Below, in pieces: positions 29,928 through 40,118 of a stretch of 64,000 bases of DNA. The notes under the pieces are model-generated. The model was not told where the DNA came from, did no database searches, and saw nothing but the letters and a program-made list of their open reading frames with translations. Each line of letters opens with the position of its first letter. The stretch's first letter is position 1. Made by a program: the position numbers and the translations under genes. The DNA comes from Spirochaetia bacterium (GTDB taxonomy: Bacteria; Spirochaetota; Spirochaetia; CADAEX01): assembly GCA_963662795.1 (NCBI GenBank), contig OY759746.1:3424001-3488000 (forward strand), in the 5' to 3' direction.

Positions 29928-30611
29928 CTACCCTGATATGGGTTTTCTGCCGCTGTTTTTTAAAACTCCGACCTCTTCTGCGGGATTTTCTGAATTAAAA
30001 AAAGCCGAAGCAGTAATTAAAACATCCGCTCCTGCATCAATCAGCATCCCGGCAGTTTCCCTGCTAACGCCGCCGTCAACAAGAATTTTGAATTTCAAAT
30101 TCTTTATTTCTCTCAGTTTATCAAGTTCTCCAATTTTTTTGATGCAGGATAATATCATTTTCTGTCCCGAGAAACCGGGATTCACTGTCATTACCTGTAC
30201 AAAATCCACAATATCAATAATTTCTGAAAGTGCAGAAACAGGAGTAGACGGGACAAGGCAGATACCTGCTTTTACCCCTTTTTCCTTAATGCTGTTTAGT
30301 GTCCGATTAATATGGATATCGTTTTCTATATGAAAAGACAGTGAATCTGCACCGGCTGCAATATAATCATCAATAAATTTTGAAGGTGAGTTTACCATTA
30401 GATGAACATCAAGCGGCAGTTGTGTGATTTTTTTAATATCTGAAGTAAATTTATTGCCGAATGTAATTTGCGGAACAAAGTGACCGTCCATAACATCAAT
30501 ATGCAGAACATCAATACCGGATTTCTCGCAAAGCGAAACAGCATCCCTTACCGATGTTAAATCAGCCCCCAAAACAGAAGCAGAAACAAGAATATTTTTA
30601 TTAGAATTCAT
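29928..30611 (-). CDS. rpe: Ribulose-phosphate 3-epimerase
   Basis: LHIDVMDGHFVP, DVHLMV, MTVNPGFSGQ, VDGGV. Confidence 0.95.
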   Translation of the reverse strand: MNSNKNILVSASVLGADLTSVRDAVSLCEKSGIDVLHIDVMDGHFVPQITFGNKFTSDIKKITQLPLDVHLMVNSPSKFIDDYIAAGADSLSFHIENDIHINRTLNSIKEKGVKAGICLVPSTPVSALSEIIDIVDFVQVMTVNPGFSGQKMILSCIKKIGELDKLREIKNLKFKILVDGGVSRETAGMLIDAGADVLITASAFFNSENPAEEVGVLKNSGRKPISG

Positions 30612-30664
30612 GTACTTTTTTTATCAAATTATTGTCATAAAAGCAATTACGAAAAAGCTCTTAA

Positions 30665-30692
30665 TTGACTATTTTGCGCTGGCAAGTATAAT
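30665..30692 (+). promoter_or_regulatory. Putative sigma70 promoter for the TPR-greA-VWA unit
   Basis: TTGACT-16 bp-TATAAT, 12 bp before ATG 30705. Confidence 0.6.
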
Positions 30693-30704
30693 GTTAATGA
30701 CTAT

Positions 30705-31652
30705 ATGGAAAAAAGCATACCTGATGTAAAAGAGAACATTGCATCATTGCTTCAGATTTCCAGGGATTGCCTTAAAAAAGGCGATCTGGATAAGGCAAAA
30801 TCTGAAATAGAAAAAGCACTGTCAATAGATTTTAATGAAACTCAAGTAATAAATGCCCTGAAATTCACAAATTTCTGGATTGAGCGGAAAATCCGTTTCC
30901 AGAATGTGGCAGGACACTATGAAAGAGGGATATTTCTCTTTAAACAGTGGAAATCTTTTATACTTTTTGCCAACAAATTCCAGGTTGAAGATGAACTGAC
31001 AATTTATGCGCTGAAATACTGGGTATTTAATCAGTCTCTCTATCACTTCAACGAAATACTTGAAAGCGGAACTGACGATCCTGAACTTCTGATTAAAATA
31101 GGACTATGCTATAAAAACCTTGGAGATTACTGCAGGGCCCTTGAATACCTCGAATCAGCTTTGCAGATACGAAGTGAAGATGCCGAACTTATGGCTGAAA
31201 TTGCAGACTGCTATGCGTTTATTAATGAAGTTCGTGCCTCAAAAATATTTTTCAGGGAAGCTTTTTTTATTGATCCGCAGAGCATTGATCTATATTCGCT
31301 TGAATCCCTTCTGGTTAAAAAACTTATCAGCCGAGTGAAGGCACTTGGTTTTGAGGACAAACTGCTTAAAGAATGGATTCCCATATATGGTGTTTTATTT
31401 GGTGTGTTCAACGTTAAGAGAGAACTCAAGGCACTTGAACTTGGCAAACTGAAACAGTCAATTAATACTCTTGAACATCAATATGAAGAAGACCCTGACA
31501 GCCGGGAAATGCTTGTCCCGGGACTGATAAACAAATATTTCTGGCTTATCGATTATTATGTGAGCATCAGCGACAGCAAGGACAGGATTGAAGATGTACT
31601 CAAAAAAATCAGCAAACTAAATCCTTCTGTCTATGAACTTTACTCAAACTAA
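30705..31652 (+). CDS. TPR-repeat protein
   Basis: TPR motifs (LLIKIGLCYKNLGDY, LMAEIADCYAF), FFREAFFIDP; upstream of greA. Confidence 0.75.
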   Translation: MEKSIPDVKENIASLLQISRDCLKKGDLDKAKSEIEKALSIDFNETQVINALKFTNFWIERKIRFQNVAGHYERGIFLFKQWKSFILFANKFQVEDELTIYALKYWVFNQSLYHFNEILESGTDDPELLIKIGLCYKNLGDYCRALEYLESALQIRSEDAELMAEIADCYAFINEVRASKIFFREAFFIDPQSIDLYSLESLLVKKLISRVKALGFEDKLLKEWIPIYGVLFGVFNVKRELKALELGKLKQSINTLEHQYEEDPDSREMLVPGLINKYFWLIDYYVSISDSKDRIEDVLKKISKLNPSVYELYSN

Positions 31653-31700
31653 GGTTGTTATAGTAACCATAATCTTGTAAAATACATACTGGAGAAAAAA

Positions 31701-34388
31701 ATGAGTTCAAATTTACTGGAAAAGATAAATCAACTGCTTAATGAAGAAAAATGGACACGCGCAACAATAAAAAGCTATTCAATCAATAATTTCAAGGAAC
31801 TTGATCTGATAATTAAGGAATCTGCCGGAGACGAATCACGGGAGGATGTTCTTGATATTTGTGAAGAACATCTGAGTCATTCCAAAAACAGTATAATTGC
31901 TCTATATATTTCAGGGATATTGTCCCTTTCAAGACATATTATAGATGATTCAAATTTGATGATACTGATAAATATATTTTCCGACAACCACAAACTGAAT
32001 ATTGTCGAATATCTGTGCGGAAGAATTCTTGATTACGGAGAAAATAAATTTGCGCTCAGAACTCTTGCAGACTGTTATGAAAATGAAGGCGAGTTAGAGA
32101 ACAAAATCGCAATCCAGGAAAGACTGATAAAAGTTGACTACGATGAAGCGGATATAGTCAAACATCTTGCTGAAAAATATGATTCAGACGGTAACAGGGA
32201 TAAGGCTGTTGAATATTATAAAAAAGCTGTGCACCGGTATGCCAATAAAAAAATGTTTTCCAATGTAAAGGAACTCTGGACTAAACTTCTTGATTACTGC
32301 CCCGATGAAATTGATTTTTTCTATCACCTTAATAAAAAAATTGCAAAATATATAAGCGAAGACAGAGCGGTACAGCTGCTTGAAGAATTGTATGAACATT
32401 ATAAGAAAAAACAGAATTGGGATTATGCGATAGATATCTTAAAAAACATTCTTTTAATGGATCCTTCAAATAACGATATAAGAAGTGAAATAATCTACTG
32501 CTTCAGACAGAAATACAGTTACCACAGCCAGCTTGAAGAATATATCAAGGTTTCAAATCTTACACAGAAATGGCGCAATATTCATGAAGCAATTGCAGAT
32601 TTCGAAAAACATATTTCATTTGAAAGCAATAACTTTGTTTTTCACCGCTCCTGGGGAATCGGACTGATTACAAGCATAAAAGGGGATAATGTTGTTATTG
32701 ATTTCATAAACAAGAAAAAACACAGCATGTCGCTTAAGATGGCTGTCAACGCCCTCACAATGCTTGGTAAGGATCATATATGGGTTTACAAGAGTACACA
32801 CAAAAAGGATGAACTGAGAAAACTCATTAAAAAAGATATTCCATGGACACTGAAAACAATTATAAAAAGCTTTGATAATTCTGCAGATATGAAGAGAATT
32901 AAAAGTGAGCTTGTTCCCGGAATACTGACTCCCGGAGAATGGACATCCTGGAGCACCGAGGCAAGAAAAATATTAAAAACTGACTCGGATTTCGGCAATT
33001 TGCCTGATAAGGTTGATTTTTTTGTGGTAAGGGATAAGCCGATTACGTTTGAAGAAAAAACATTTAACAAGTTCAAGGCAGAAAACAGTTTTTTTGCAAA
33101 ACTTAAAACTCTCCTTGATTTTGTCGATGAAGTATCGGTTGAATCGGATTTCTTTCCTGAAATGCTTCAATATTTCACAAATTACCTGAAATCATACAAT
33201 TCTGTTAATGAATATATTATTTCCAGTTATATTCTTGTAGATGAGATTTCCACGAAATTTCCCCATCTAAACCCCGGAATTAATATTACTTTTAATGAAT
33301 TATTTGAACAGACTGAAGATATAAAATCAGTATTCAATAAAATAGCTGACTCTGATCTTAAAAAAATATTTCTCGAAAAAGTTAAATTATATAATCCGCA
33401 GTGGCCGGCTGTCTATCTTGCAATATTTCCGGAATATCTTAATAAAAGCATAATTGACGCGCTTCTTATTGAAGGGCATAAAAATGAATTAACTGCACTT
33501 GCGGTTAAGATACATGAAAATTATAAGGAATACAGGGAAGCATTTATGTGGATTTTGAAAAACATGGATGAATATCCGGTTTTTCAAAAAGCTTTTCCGG
33601 GAGAAGAGAAAATTCTGGTCAATGCAATTCATCTTCTTGAAATTACTGACAGGGAAATTGCCAACAAGAGAGATGTAAGCAATAATAAAAAAATAATAAG
33701 ACAGATAAATAATTATCTGTTCAAGGATAACAGGCTTGAGAAATTTATTCTTGAAGCTGAAAAAGACAGGATTATCCGGATGGTATCCTTGATTGATGAT
33801 ATTGGAGGCGTGGACCCTCTTCTCAAGATAGATATCAAGAAAAAAGTAAAAAATATACATCCTGATATTAAATTAATCGGTATTGAGGAAGAAGTAGAGA
33901 CTGTTTCCAGAGGAATTATCGTTACAACTGAAAGCCTTGAAAACAAAAAGAAAGAGCTTAAAAACATCCTTGAGGTTGAAATCCCTGCCAATTCAAAGGA
34001 AATTGGAGCTGCAATACAGCTTGGGGATTTACGTGAAAACGCTGAGTACAAGGCAGGAAAGGAAAAACAGGAAATGCTTAATTCTGCCGTAGGCAAACTT
34101 AAAGAAGAAATTGAAAGATGTCAGATTTTTGATCCTGCAAATGTGAGGACTGATAAAGTTTCTTTCGGTACAAAGGTTGTCCTTATAAACAAACAGACAG
34201 GCGAAGAAGAAAGTTATACAATACTTGGGCCCTGGGAATCATCTCCTGAAAAAAATATTATTTCTTATCTTGCCCCGTTTGGAAATGAACTTCTTGATGC
34301 TGGTGCCGGCGATGAACTTGACTTCACTATCAATGATTCAAAATATGAATTTAAAGTTAAAGAGATATTAAAATCTGAAATAATCTGA
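31701..34388 (+). CDS. greA: Transcription elongation factor GreA with long N-terminal extension (spirochaete type)
   Basis: C-terminal GreA domain AIQLGDLRENAEYKAGKE, VSFGTKV, YTILGPWES, ISYLAPFG; ~735-aa N-terminal TPR-like region including FVFHRSWGIG. Confidence 0.9.
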   Translation: MSSNLLEKINQLLNEEKWTRATIKSYSINNFKELDLIIKESAGDESREDVLDICEEHLSHSKNSIIALYISGILSLSRHIIDDSNLMILINIFSDNHKLNIVEYLCGRILDYGENKFALRTLADCYENEGELENKIAIQERLIKVDYDEADIVKHLAEKYDSDGNRDKAVEYYKKAVHRYANKKMFSNVKELWTKLLDYCPDEIDFFYHLNKKIAKYISEDRAVQLLEELYEHYKKKQNWDYAIDILKNILLMDPSNNDIRSEIIYCFRQKYSYHSQLEEYIKVSNLTQKWRNIHEAIADFEKHISFESNNFVFHRSWGIGLITSIKGDNVVIDFINKKKHSMSLKMAVNALTMLGKDHIWVYKSTHKKDELRKLIKKDIPWTLKTIIKSFDNSADMKRIKSELVPGILTPGEWTSWSTEARKILKTDSDFGNLPDKVDFFVVRDKPITFEEKTFNKFKAENSFFAKLKTLLDFVDEVSVESDFFPEMLQYFTNYLKSYNSVNEYIISSYILVDEISTKFPHLNPGINITFNELFEQTEDIKSVFNKIADSDLKKIFLEKVKLYNPQWPAVYLAIFPEYLNKSIIDALLIEGHKNELTALAVKIHENYKEYREAFMWILKNMDEYPVFQKAFPGEEKILVNAIHLLEITDREIANKRDVSNNKKIIRQINNYLFKDNRLEKFILEAEKDRIIRMVSLIDDIGGVDPLLKIDIKKKVKNIHPDIKLIGIEEEVETVSRGIIVTTESLENKKKELKNILEVEIPANSKEIGAAIQLGDLRENAEYKAGKEKQEMLNSAVGKLKEEIERCQIFDPANVRTDKVSFGTKVVLINKQTGEEESYTILGPWESSPEKNIISYLAPFGNELLDAGAGDELDFTINDSKYEFKVKEILKSEII

Positions 34389-34390
34389 AT

Positions 34391-36079
34391 ATGAAAAAAA
34401 ATATTTTTTTTATTGCGATATTTATACTTTCTGTATTTTTCCTGACAGCTTCCATATCAGCAGAACCTGTTGATATGGTTGTTCTGCTTGACACATCGGA
34501 AAGTGTGCTTCCCATTTATAATAATCTTGTTAACTACATTATCAAAGATGTACTTATGAATCACGTCAGGTTTGGTGATACATTCCACCTGATAAGTTTT
34601 GATTCTACGCCATCACTTATTATTTCCAGCAAGCTGAAAGATCAGGATGATATTGAATATGTATTGAATGAACTTTTTCTGCTGCATCCTCTCGGAAAAT
34701 ATACCGATATTATCATGGCCCTGAAATATTTAAGACAGTATGTATCAGAGGTTTCAAGCGACGGGAAAAGAGAAATTATAATACTTACTGACGGTATACA
34801 TGATCCTCCGCCTGAAAGTCCCTACCAGATAATAAATGATCCTGCAACAGGTATTAACCTTCTTGAACAGGAAATGAAAAAGCTGACAGAATCGAACTGG
34901 AAACTGAGTTTTGTCGAATTGCCTAAAAGCAGTGAAGATATTACAGGAGAAAATTCAGCAGTCAGTCAAGGTAAAGACGGAAGAACATCTGATAACAGCA
35001 ATCAGAATGATAAAGATAAGATCCTGTCCATAGATATAAAATCCGGAGGACAAAACGGAAATACCGGCAAAGAGCAAGCCGGGAACAGTATATTCACTTA
35101 TGTGGAAAAAAACAGCAAAATCTATAAAAGCGACTTTAATGATAATATAAACAATGAGAGCGGCGCAATTGTTACAGGGTCTCCGAGGATAACATATCCT
35201 GATAAACTTGGTAAAATAAATTATCATTTCACATTACCTCTTTTGATAGAAAATTTTTATTCATATCCTGTCTTATTAAATCTTGATAAAGTTTTAATAA
35301 ATTCTTCACAAGTCAATATTCTCGATGAACCTGAAAATATCGCAATTTCTCCCAATAAGAGTAAAAAACATTCAATAAGCCTTACCCTGCCCTATGGTTT
35401 TTCAACAGGCAAAACAAAATTAAAAATAGATCTGGAATTTACTGATGACAACAGGGCGTTCCCCGCATCTGCCGAAATAGAGCTTAATCTGAAAAGCTCG
35501 GTATTTGATATGATAATTAAAGCACGCAGTTATATTTTTAAAATATTTTTCATATTGCTTATAATTCTGACTATTGGATTTTTTATTTTATTCCTGAGAT
35601 ATTATATGGGTGTTTCTGTAAGCGAATCCTATAAAGTTGTCAAAAAGGATATTGAAACATCCATAAAGGAAGGAGCACGAAGACCTGTTGTCATGAAGGT
35701 TGAAGGACAGAACGATAATCTGATTGGGAACAGGAATGTTCATTCCTTTAAAAACGGTACAATTAAAACCATCGGCGGGGGCAGTTCCTCATATCTGATT
35801 TTTCTTTACAGAATAAAGGGCACTATTGCTGAATTACGTTTGGAAGATGATAAATATTCATTTAAACCGGTTGAAACTCTTTATTTTCCTGAGACCGGGG
35901 GAAGTGTCATTAATGATGCATTAAACGTAAAAATAAAAATAAAAACAGATAAGGGCCATATTATCAATATTAGATTTATGGAATACATATCCCCGCTTGA
36001 AAAGATAAACTCAATTATGCATCTAACTGATCATCGGGGTTTTCCTGAAGAAAGAAAAACCTGGCTGAACGCTGATTGA
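34391..36079 (+). CDS. VWA (MIDAS) domain membrane protein
   Basis: Signal peptide, VVLLDTSESV (DxSxS), GKYTDI, IILTDG, one TM near aa 385-405. Confidence 0.8.
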   Translation: MKKNIFFIAIFILSVFFLTASISAEPVDMVVLLDTSESVLPIYNNLVNYIIKDVLMNHVRFGDTFHLISFDSTPSLIISSKLKDQDDIEYVLNELFLLHPLGKYTDIIMALKYLRQYVSEVSSDGKREIIILTDGIHDPPPESPYQIINDPATGINLLEQEMKKLTESNWKLSFVELPKSSEDITGENSAVSQGKDGRTSDNSNQNDKDKILSIDIKSGGQNGNTGKEQAGNSIFTYVEKNSKIYKSDFNDNINNESGAIVTGSPRITYPDKLGKINYHFTLPLLIENFYSYPVLLNLDKVLINSSQVNILDEPENIAISPNKSKKHSISLTLPYGFSTGKTKLKIDLEFTDDNRAFPASAEIELNLKSSVFDMIIKARSYIFKIFFILLIILTIGFFILFLRYYMGVSVSESYKVVKKDIETSIKEGARRPVVMKVEGQNDNLIGNRNVHSFKNGTIKTIGGGSSSYLIFLYRIKGTIAELRLEDDKYSFKPVETLYFPETGGSVINDALNVKIKIKTDKGHIINIRFMEYISPLEKINSIMHLTDHRGFPEERKTWLNAD

Positions 36080-36102
36080 ATTAAAAATCAGTTTCCCTGA
36101 TG

Positions 36103-37434
36103 TTATAATTCCTCAAGCGCTGCAAGGGCGGCATTCCTTACAGACAGAGATTGCGATTTATCTTCAGAAATTGTTTTAATTTTATCTTTAAGACTGCTTA
36201 TTTTATTAATTCTGATACCTCGTATTCCTGATATTTTAACTACGACAGAACTGTGTCCAAGCATTCTTTCGAAAAATATTTCAAGCGAGGGATCCTCTAT
36301 TTTTGACAGCTCGCCGCAGAAACTTTCAAGCAGGGTTTTATTTGCAGAATTCCATTCTTTTTCAAGTACCTTATCTATCATTTTGATTGAATCTGAAACA
36401 TTTTTTTCAATGCTTAACATAAAGGCGAGTTTTCTGATTTTAAAGCTTGTTCGCGGGTCTTCTGTTTTGGATATGATATAATCCATTGCCTTTTTGCCGC
36501 CTGTCTCAGCAAGTGCTTTTAATGCTTCAAGGCGTATAATTTCTTCAGGGTCATTCTCTATACGATAAATAAGAATATCAACATAACTGTTGTTTTTCCG
36601 GCTGCCTGCAGCAGTTGCTGCTTCTTTTCTGATTCTCCAGTTTTCATCTTTAAGTGATTCAAGAATAATATCATCTGCTTCCTTTCTGTCATATTTGCCT
36701 ATTGCAGCTAGCGCATAAATCCTTATATACGGGTCTGTTTCACTAAAGGCAGAAAGAAGAAAATCAAAGTTTTCTTCAGCGGCAATCTGTCCCAGTGAAT
36801 TAATTGCGTATTGCCTGTATGTTTTTTCCATCTCTTTATCAGAGCCGATATTTCTTAAGAATTCAGAACTTGAAGGATCTTTTAATTTACCAATATCCAG
36901 AAGAATCTGGAGTTTTACTGCGTCTGTTTCTTCTTTTTCATATACTTCAATGAGCTTTTCCGTATATTTTTTGTCTCCTGTTTCACATATGGCTTTAACA
37001 GCTTCTATCCTGTAATCAGGTTCGTTATCATCCAGAAGTACAGGATATAGCTCTTCAGCTGAACTTTTATCAAGTACCGAAACATATCTTATAGCATTTA
37101 CCACTACAGTTTTATTTTCATCATTTCTGTTCTGAATTTTCTTGACAGCTTCATCCATTAATAAATCAGATTCAATAACTGTAAAATAATTGATTATGTC
37201 TTTTTGAATAGAGATATTCCTGGTTGTTCCAAACAGCTTTATTAATTCAGCGTTATAGGTAGTGTCCTTTTCTTCTGTAAGTTCTTTTATAAGTTCTGAT
37301 ATTTCACTGTTCAGCCCGTATGCAAGCTTATCCTCTCTGGTTTTCCTTAGTGACGGGATATCATCATTATCCTGCGGAATTATGAGATGAACAGGTAATA
37401 TTAACAAAACAAGCAGCAGCACGGATGGTCTCAT
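36103..37434 (-). CDS. Exported HEAT-repeat protein
   Basis: Signal peptide; repeats such as DPYIRIYALAAIG, DENWRIRKEAATAAG, DPEEIIRLEALKAL. Confidence 0.8.
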   Translation of the reverse strand: MRPSVLLLVLLILPVHLIIPQDNDDIPSLRKTREDKLAYGLNSEISELIKELTEEKDTTYNAELIKLFGTTRNISIQKDIINYFTVIESDLLMDEAVKKIQNRNDENKTVVVNAIRYVSVLDKSSAEELYPVLLDDNEPDYRIEAVKAICETGDKKYTEKLIEVYEKEETDAVKLQILLDIGKLKDPSSSEFLRNIGSDKEMEKTYRQYAINSLGQIAAEENFDFLLSAFSETDPYIRIYALAAIGKYDRKEADDIILESLKDENWRIRKEAATAAGSRKNNSYVDILIYRIENDPEEIIRLEALKALAETGGKKAMDYIISKTEDPRTSFKIRKLAFMLSIEKNVSDSIKMIDKVLEKEWNSANKTLLESFCGELSKIEDPSLEIFFERMLGHSSVVVKISGIRGIRINKISSLKDKIKTISEDKSQSLSVRNAALAALEEL

Positions 37435-38993
37435 TCAAACCTCCTTTTCCTGAAGAAAATAAAATCTACTTTGAGAATAGCATAAATAACAAGTACTGAC
37501 GCTGTAAAAATTATTGCTGCAAAAATAAAATAAAACAGAAGCTCAATGCTTAAGCCTTTTCTCCATATCTCTCCCAGATAAATGCGTGAGTATAATAGTG
37601 CTGCGGAAGGAATAAAAACCGAGACAGTAATTTTCAATTTATTTATAATCATTTTTCTGAAATTATAGTCCCTGTATGAAGATTTAATATCTAAAAGCAT
37701 TAAAAAAGCCCCGGCGCTGAAAGCAAGAGAATTCGCAACTGCAAGACCGCAGACTCTAAGAGGTGTTTCTTTTAGTATAAGCGAGAGAACTACATCAAAA
37801 ATACATACAATTAAGGCATATATAAAAGGTTTTCTGTAATTATGGACCGAATAATAAAATCTCTGCATAAAATTAAAAAAACCAATAATAAAAAGCCCGG
37901 GAGCAAAACCTTTTAATACAAAAGAGGTAAGATAGGTATTTTCTGGAGTAAATGAACCTCTCTGCATCGCTATCGAAACAAGCTCAGGCCCCATAATAAA
38001 AATAAAAAGACTTGAAGGAAGGAGCAGCGAAAAAAGGTTTATTACACCTGTATTCATTGTTTCAAGAAGTTCCGGCCTTTTCCCTGCTGCGGCAAATTTG
38101 CTCATTCTTGGGAATAAAACAGTAATTATTGATGCTGAAAATATTCCAAAGGGAAGCTGCCAGAAAACAATTGCATAACTTAAAGCGGATGAACTTCCGG
38201 TTTCAAGACCGGAAGCAAACCGCATTGCAATCTGATGACTAATGGCAAAAATTGAGGCAGTTGCTACAACCGGAAACCAGTTTTTCATAATTTTTTTAAA
38301 ATAATTATTGCTGAAATCTGTATCCGGTTTGAAGTCAAAACCTTCCCTGAGATAGACGGGAAGCTGAAATACAATTTGCAGAATACCGCCGGTCAATACT
38401 CCGACAACCATCGAAAAAATTCCCATGCTCCTGTAAAAGAAAACAACGCTTGTAATAACAGTTATTGAAAAAAGAATCGGTGTTATGGAAGGAATAAAAA
38501 AGTAATTTTTTGAATTCAGTACAGCCATTATTACAGCGCTTATGCTGATGAGAAGCAGATAACTGATAAACCATTTAAAAAGAGAAACTGCAAGATTCTG
38601 CAGATACGGGTCTGTAAATTCGAACAGTATTCTGTTAATTAAAAAATCAGAAAAAATAATAGAAAGAATGCAAACCGGAACAAGTATTAAAACCTGAAAA
38701 GTAAGAATATTTCTTACAAGTTTTTTTGTTGATGACGTCTCTTTTTCTTTTACCAGGGATTCTGTAAGAACAGGGATGAAAGCTGATGAAAGGGCCCCCT
38801 CTGCCATCAGTTTCCTTAAATTATTGGGGACTGAAAAAACAGAGTTAAGTACATCCGCCTCACCTGTTGCGCCGAAATAAGCTCCGATAACGGCAACCCT
38901 TAGAAATCCGAGTATGCGTGATATAAAAGTGCATATCATAACTAAAATAGCAGATAAAGATGTTTTTTGTATATTAGCAGAGTTTGTTTTCAT
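37431..38993 (-). CDS. murJ: Lipid II flippase MurJ (MviN)
   Basis: SRILGFLRV, PNNLRKLMAEGALSSAFIPV, QLPFGIF, many TMs; start refined to ATG 38993. Confidence 0.93.
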   Translation of the reverse strand: MKTNSANIQKTSLSAILVMICTFISRILGFLRVAVIGAYFGATGEADVLNSVFSVPNNLRKLMAEGALSSAFIPVLTESLVKEKETSSTKKLVRNILTFQVLILVPVCILSIIFSDFLINRILFEFTDPYLQNLAVSLFKWFISYLLLISISAVIMAVLNSKNYFFIPSITPILFSITVITSVVFFYRSMGIFSMVVGVLTGGILQIVFQLPVYLREGFDFKPDTDFSNNYFKKIMKNWFPVVATASIFAISHQIAMRFASGLETGSSSALSYAIVFWQLPFGIFSASIITVLFPRMSKFAAAGKRPELLETMNTGVINLFSLLLPSSLFIFIMGPELVSIAMQRGSFTPENTYLTSFVLKGFAPGLFIIGFFNFMQRFYYSVHNYRKPFIYALIVCIFDVVLSLILKETPLRVCGLAVANSLAFSAGAFLMLLDIKSSYRDYNFRKMIINKLKITVSVFIPSAALLYSRIYLGEIWRKGLSIELLFYFIFAAIIFTASVLVIYAILKVDFIFFRKRRFE

Positions 38994-40098
38994 AATCACC
39001 TGAAAAGCTTTTTTTAAAATCATTAAATGTATCTGTTAATATGCTTTCCCTTATTTTTTCCACAAAATCCCTGATAAAAGAAAGGTTGTGTTCTGTTGCA
39101 AGCATAGGTCCCAGTATTTCATTTGTTTTAAACAGATGGCGCAGGAATGCTCTGGAATAGTTAGTGCAGGTAAAACATCTGCATTTTTTCTCAACAGGAT
39201 TGAAATCATCAGCAAATATTTCTTTTTTAATTGATATTTTACCATTCCATGTAAAAAGTGTCCCGTTTCGGGCAATTCTTGTCGGATAAACACAATCAAA
39301 CATGTCTATTCCGTTTTCTACTGCCTCAAGAATATATTCAGGGGTACCAATTCCCATGAGATAATGAGGTTTATTTTTATCAATTACTGATGCTGTTTCA
39401 GAAAGATGTTCTTTGAAAACATCGAATGATTCTCCGACAGACAAACCGCCTATTGCGATTCCCGGAAAATCAAGGCTGCTTATATATTCCGCGCTTTCCT
39501 TTCTGAGATCTTTAAAAAAATTACCCTGTACTATGCCGAATAAATTACCGCCCCATTCATCCCGGCAGCCAAGCCAGTATTCCCTGCTTTTTAAGGCCCA
39601 GTCATGAGTAGTTTTCATTGCGCTGTAAGCTTTTTTCCAGGTTATGTCGGGGGGTGTGCATACGTCAAGCGGCATAAGTACATCGCTTTTGAATGTTTTC
39701 TGAAGATCAACAACATTTTCCGGGGTCAGGGTATGGTATGATCCGTCTATATGGGATCTGAAATAAATACCTTCTTTTTTTATTTTTCTGAAAGGTGCAA
39801 GTGAAAATATCTGGAATCCTCCGGAATCAGTCAGAATATTGTGTTCCCAGGAGATGAATTCATGAAGACCTCCGGCTTTTTTTATTATCTCAGCCCCGGG
39901 CCTGAGATAAAGGTGGTAAGTGTTGCCAAGTATAAGATTTACTCCTGAATTAGAAAGGGTCTTATGTTTTACTGCCTTGACAGAACCGTTGGTTCCTACC
40001 GGCATAAAAACCGGTGTGCTTATTTTACCGTGCGGCAGATCAAATTCAGTAACTCTTGCCGAACTGTTGCTGCAATTTTTTAGTATCTTGAAATTCAT
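38974..40098 (-). CDS. tgt: tRNA-guanine transglycosylase
   Basis: TPVFMPVGT, NTYHLYLRPG, TDSGGFQ, FGIVQG, AIGGLSVGE, DMFDCVYPTR, Zn CRCFTC; start refined to ATG 40098. Confidence 0.96.
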   Translation of the reverse strand: MNFKILKNCSNSSARVTEFDLPHGKISTPVFMPVGTNGSVKAVKHKTLSNSGVNLILGNTYHLYLRPGAEIIKKAGGLHEFISWEHNILTDSGGFQIFSLAPFRKIKKEGIYFRSHIDGSYHTLTPENVVDLQKTFKSDVLMPLDVCTPPDITWKKAYSAMKTTHDWALKSREYWLGCRDEWGGNLFGIVQGNFFKDLRKESAEYISSLDFPGIAIGGLSVGESFDVFKEHLSETASVIDKNKPHYLMGIGTPEYILEAVENGIDMFDCVYPTRIARNGTLFTWNGKISIKKEIFADDFNPVEKKCRCFTCTNYSRAFLRHLFKTNEILGPMLATEHNLSFIRDFVEKIRESILTDTFNDFKKSFSGDYENKLC

Positions 40099-40118
40099 TC
40101 GGTTATTGTCCTGTAATA

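Noticed and set aside
30680-30695. TGGCAAGTATAATGTT as a sigma54 promoter
   Set aside because: No TTGC at -12; better explained as part of a sigma70 promoter.
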